A stretch of DNA of 53,893 nucleotides, filler included, from Sphacelaria rigidula (Eukaryota): the NCBI GenBank assembly GCA_964200075.2. It is 4 parts of 4 records of this genome, joined end to end, with 100 filler letters (N's around TTAATTAATTAA, not from the genome) between each part and the next. Parts side by side here need not be neighbours in the genome. Positions count along the whole stretch, not along the records: positions 40,496 to 53,893 come from CAXNAA020002907.1; 3 more parts are not named here. The stretch is one strand, 5' to 3'. Every line of letters begins with the position of its first letter. Positions within the stretch are counted from its first letter, which is position 1. Positions 50,941 to 53,893 of this stretch are shown piece by piece. The notes below the pieces were generated by a model. It was given only the letters and a program-made list of their open reading frames with translations, searched no databases and was not told the DNA's origin. The translations under genes were made by a program, and so were the position numbers.

Positions 50941-51286
50941 CAGTACTTGGGAAGTGTAGACAGCACTTGGGATGGTGAGAAATTTCTCAGATAGTTCGAC
51001 TTAATTTAAGTGTGAACAGCGAAAATCCGGATTTGTAATGGGGCTATGCTCCGAACCTGCTCCTAGCTTGCGAAGAACGCGTTTTGGTCGAAAGCGGCGC
51101 CTGGGGCGACGATTGAAGACCTGGCAACGCACCCTTTGCCTATGAACCACTCTCTACCCCCGCGCCCGAGGGTTCTCGGTGTGCCTTCGTTAGGGTTAGG
51201 GTTAGTGTTAGTGTTGGTGTTATAGTGTGTTCGAAGTTATAAGTTTCTGAGCAATTTCTCACCATCCCAAGTGGTAAACTGACCTC
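50941..51286 (+). mobile_element. Telomeric-tract element inserted into a piggyBac-like mini-element
   Basis: TCTGCAGA|CAGTA ... ACCTC|CCTGTAGA. IR CACTTGGGATGGTGAGAAAT / ATTTCTCACCATCCCAAGTG. Internal TTAGGGTTAGGGTTAGTGTTAGTG. Confidence 0.8.
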
Positions 51287-52142
51287 CCTGTAGAACCAGC
51301 ATCAATTTCCCTTCGCCCTTTGATGGCGAGGGTAGGTCATCTGGCTGTGCCATCATTTTTCGAGTAAGATTAATTCTGATGCAACAAATGACCCATGCTC
51401 GCGGTCAACGAGTTACAATTTCAGTGCATAGCCAGATGACCAACCCTCGCGGTCAGTAAGCTCATGAATGAGTTAATCTCTTGAATGCCCAAACCTTCAG
51501 TTGAACGCCAGGTGTGTAGTACTTTGAGATGAATTCGTAGTACTGTAGTTGTTTTCGGCCGAGATACGATTTGTCACGCGTCATGGTTACTAGCCGTGCA
51601 CAAGACGTGGGCACCGGCGTATCGTTTTAGCACAGCAAAACGGCAGCGGTGATCACGCCAAAGTGTATGGTGTAGACCATAAGTGGAATGTGATACGTGT
51701 GTACCAGGTCCATGCTGTACCCAACGGCACCACAAGCTGTACATTTTCTCCCACATATATGAAAATGCAGCACACGCAGCAGGATTGTGTCGCTCCCCCG
51801 CCAACCATGGCGAAGGCTGCTGCGCCTCTGTTGGCTGAAGTGTGTTATGTAATCGCACTCCTGCCGAGCTCCCATGTATACTGTACTGTACTGTTGTTGC
51901 GGTCCATCTATGCCTACAAGTGTCATCCCCCAAGAGCTCGCGGTACTGTCAGTGGATATGATTTCCGAAAAGAAAACATGAACGTTCAAAGGCGCAATAT
52001 GTCGTCCTTGTCTTTCTATATGCAATACCAGGGTTGCCTTCGACATATGACGTACCTCCAATCATTTGCGGCCATTGGGGAACCCGTTCGCTACCTCGGA
52101 CGTAGTTTTTCAGATCCTGATGCTCACCTAGGTCAACCTTAA

Positions 52143-52460
52143 CTCTTCGACCGCGAGGGCAGGTCACCTGCTGCATCGGCATCAATTTCCACTTGAAAAA
52201 AGTATGCTTGATCCAGTTGGACTACACGCACTGTGGTGTAAGGCTCAGCCCTTGGACCGCGAACGTAGTCCATCTGGACTGTGCATACTTTCAAAAATTG
52301 AGATTGATGCCGATTCAATAGATGACCTTCTCTCGCTGTTCAAAGGCTGAACCCTTTGATCGCGAGTGTAGGCGATCTGGTTGAGTCGGCACCATTTATA
52401 TCTTGTTTAATGTGTGAATGAAGCCCATTCAATAGATCGCCTACCCTCGCGGTCAGAGGG
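52143..52460. mobile_element. Tandem array of three ~100-bp piggyBac-like mini-elements
   Basis: TTAA|52143-52244|TCAG|52249-52347 (inverted)|TGAA|52352-52460|TGAA. The TIR consensus is about CCCTTTGACCGCGAGGGTAGG. Confidence 0.75.
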
Positions 52461-53086
52461 TGAACTCCAACTTCAACCCTGACATCAACGAAGATCAAAC
52501 GTGAACCTCGGGCAAGGAGGAGGTCACCCCTCTTACCCTGGTGAAACGCAGTGCGGTGTGCACTGACGGGCAGCGGTATCAGATGACCCGGCGCCCACGA
52601 GTTTCGAAAGTCCTCCAAACCAAGTCAACGGCCGTATGGTGATTGGGATGTGAAGAAAATACAGCCGAGAGAGCGGATACTGCTGTACTGACTTCCGGGT
52701 CAACATTTTGTGAGATTCTCGGACCAACATTTCGCCTCATGCATCTCAAATGAAAATTGTAACCAACAGATTAGAGGGGCACCTGGGTGATGAAGTAGAT
52801 GGAGAGAACACTCCAGTTGGCGGAGGGGCGGATGCGCATGGAGTCAAGGACGGTATGGGTAGGTCGCGGCATGACGTAGCGGAGCTAGAGCAGCTGGAGG
52901 ACTCATTGCACGGCAGCTGCTCGGATCGGGACCGGTCAGTTGCGATACCTGTCGTAGTCTTGGTCGTGGTTGTGTTTCTCAAGTTTGGACTGGTGTAGGA
53001 AAATGAATGGGACGACAGCACACACACACACTAGTGTACGAAGAGGGGGTGAGGAGTGGGGAGTGGAGTCTGTAGGTGTGCTTTAA

Positions 53087-53183
53087 CCCTAGACGGGGAG
53101 AGTAGGTTATCTGTTGAATCGGCATCAAGTTAACTTTGAAAAATAGTGCTTGATCCAGATGGGCTACCCTCGCGGTCCAAGGG
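53087..53183. mobile_element. Solo piggyBac-like mini-element
   Basis: TTAA|CCCTAGAC ... CTACCCTCGCGGTCCAAGGG|TTAT. Confidence 0.75.
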
Positions 53184-53260
53184 TTATCCGGTGTGAGCAC
53201 AATTTTGGAGGCGCTTACGTTGTATTTTACCCTTGCGTCGTTGCCCACACTACACAGTGA

Positions 53261-53633
53261 GGCCGTGTCTAATCACATTGTTTTCGATTCGAAAACGTAC
53301 GGTGGAATCGAATTTGCTATTACCTGATACGTCCACGGCATCCATGTTCTCAACTATCCCAGAAATTCAAGAGCGTGGGTGAATCAGAAACGAGGGAATT
53401 CGATTCGACCGCACGTTTTCGACACGAAAACAATATGTAAGATACGACCTGTCTTGGCACATGACTTCTCGATCGAAAAACTGCGGTGGAAAACAAAACT
53501 CCTGATCTGATAGGTCATCACCTTCAAATTTAACGATGGTTGGAATCACGACCTGTCAGTGTGGGATTTTTGCTTTCCACCGCACAATTTCGATCGAAAA
53601 CTCATGTGCTAAGACAGACCCTAAGACACGGCC
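53261..53633. mobile_element. Composite of two Harbinger-like MITEs
   Basis: TGA|GGCCGTGTCT ... AGACACGGCC|TGA, with a second MITE (53441-53621) between duplicated TAA sites. Confidence 0.75.
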
Positions 53634-53822
53634 TGATTGTGTAATGGTCAAGACAGAGATGGACTAAATAAACGGCAGAAGAAGTACTCGCTATGGTTGC
53701 GCTTATGATGGCTCTGAAGTGTGCATTTGCACACGGGGCTTTTGAACGAGCGCTGGACGTCGACGCTAACCGCATACGTCATGATTGTAGTGCTCCCGTC
53801 GCGTTTCCAAGCTAGTCCCAGC

Positions 53823-53825
<3 letters not shown>

Positions 53826-53893
<68 letters not shown>
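53826..53893. repeat. (TTA)n microsatellite, runs off the window
   Basis: Perfect trinucleotide run. Confidence 0.97.

Noticed and set aside
52143-52460. ~105-bp periodic units as a CRISPR-like array
   Set aside because: Each unit has its own TIRs and TTAA-like junctions, and the interiors are related to one another.
52535-52950. Possible protein-kinase pseudogene (GLSKLVGAGSS...TPHCVSP; SIYFITQ) on the minus strand
   Set aside because: There is no DFG, HRD or APE motif and several stops; the resemblance is too weak.

Overview
This is eukaryotic, intron-rich and transposon-rich DNA, most consistent with a brown alga or related stramenopile (inference from gene style, splice signals and TTAGGG-type repeats). 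It is not one locus. Three identical artificial spacers (N44-TTAATTAATTAA-N44 at 13400-13499, 26898-26997, 40396-40495) join four ~13.4-kb pieces, so synteny across spacers is meaningless. Genes reconstructed by hand from splice sites: (1) the 3' part of a tyrosinase-like type-3 copper protein (minus strand, 4 exons, 4552-9152) with a ~125-aa Cys-rich insertion inside the CuB site; (2) a complete 3-exon 129-aa type II membrane protein with a C-terminal 6-Cys module (18653-20637); (3) a 726-codon low-complexity ORF/exon (minus, 23994-26174); (4) a large B-box + FKBP + 2xC2 protein (28879-34394) whose FKBP domain is split by ~885 aa containing two C2 domains, the second of which is itself split; (5) the last two exons of ribosomal protein eL42 (RPL36A/RPL44, minus). 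The rest is mostly non-autonomous DNA transposons: Tc1/mariner-like, Harbinger-like, hAT/P-like and ~100-bp piggyBac-like elements, plus a ~320-bp family with 8-bp TSDs, asymmetric ends, copy-specific subterminal inverted repeats and an internal telomeric-like tract. I saw no rRNA, tRNA, CRISPR array or intact transposase. The two most unusual observations are the nested FKBP/C2 architecture and the telomere-repeat-carrying element family.
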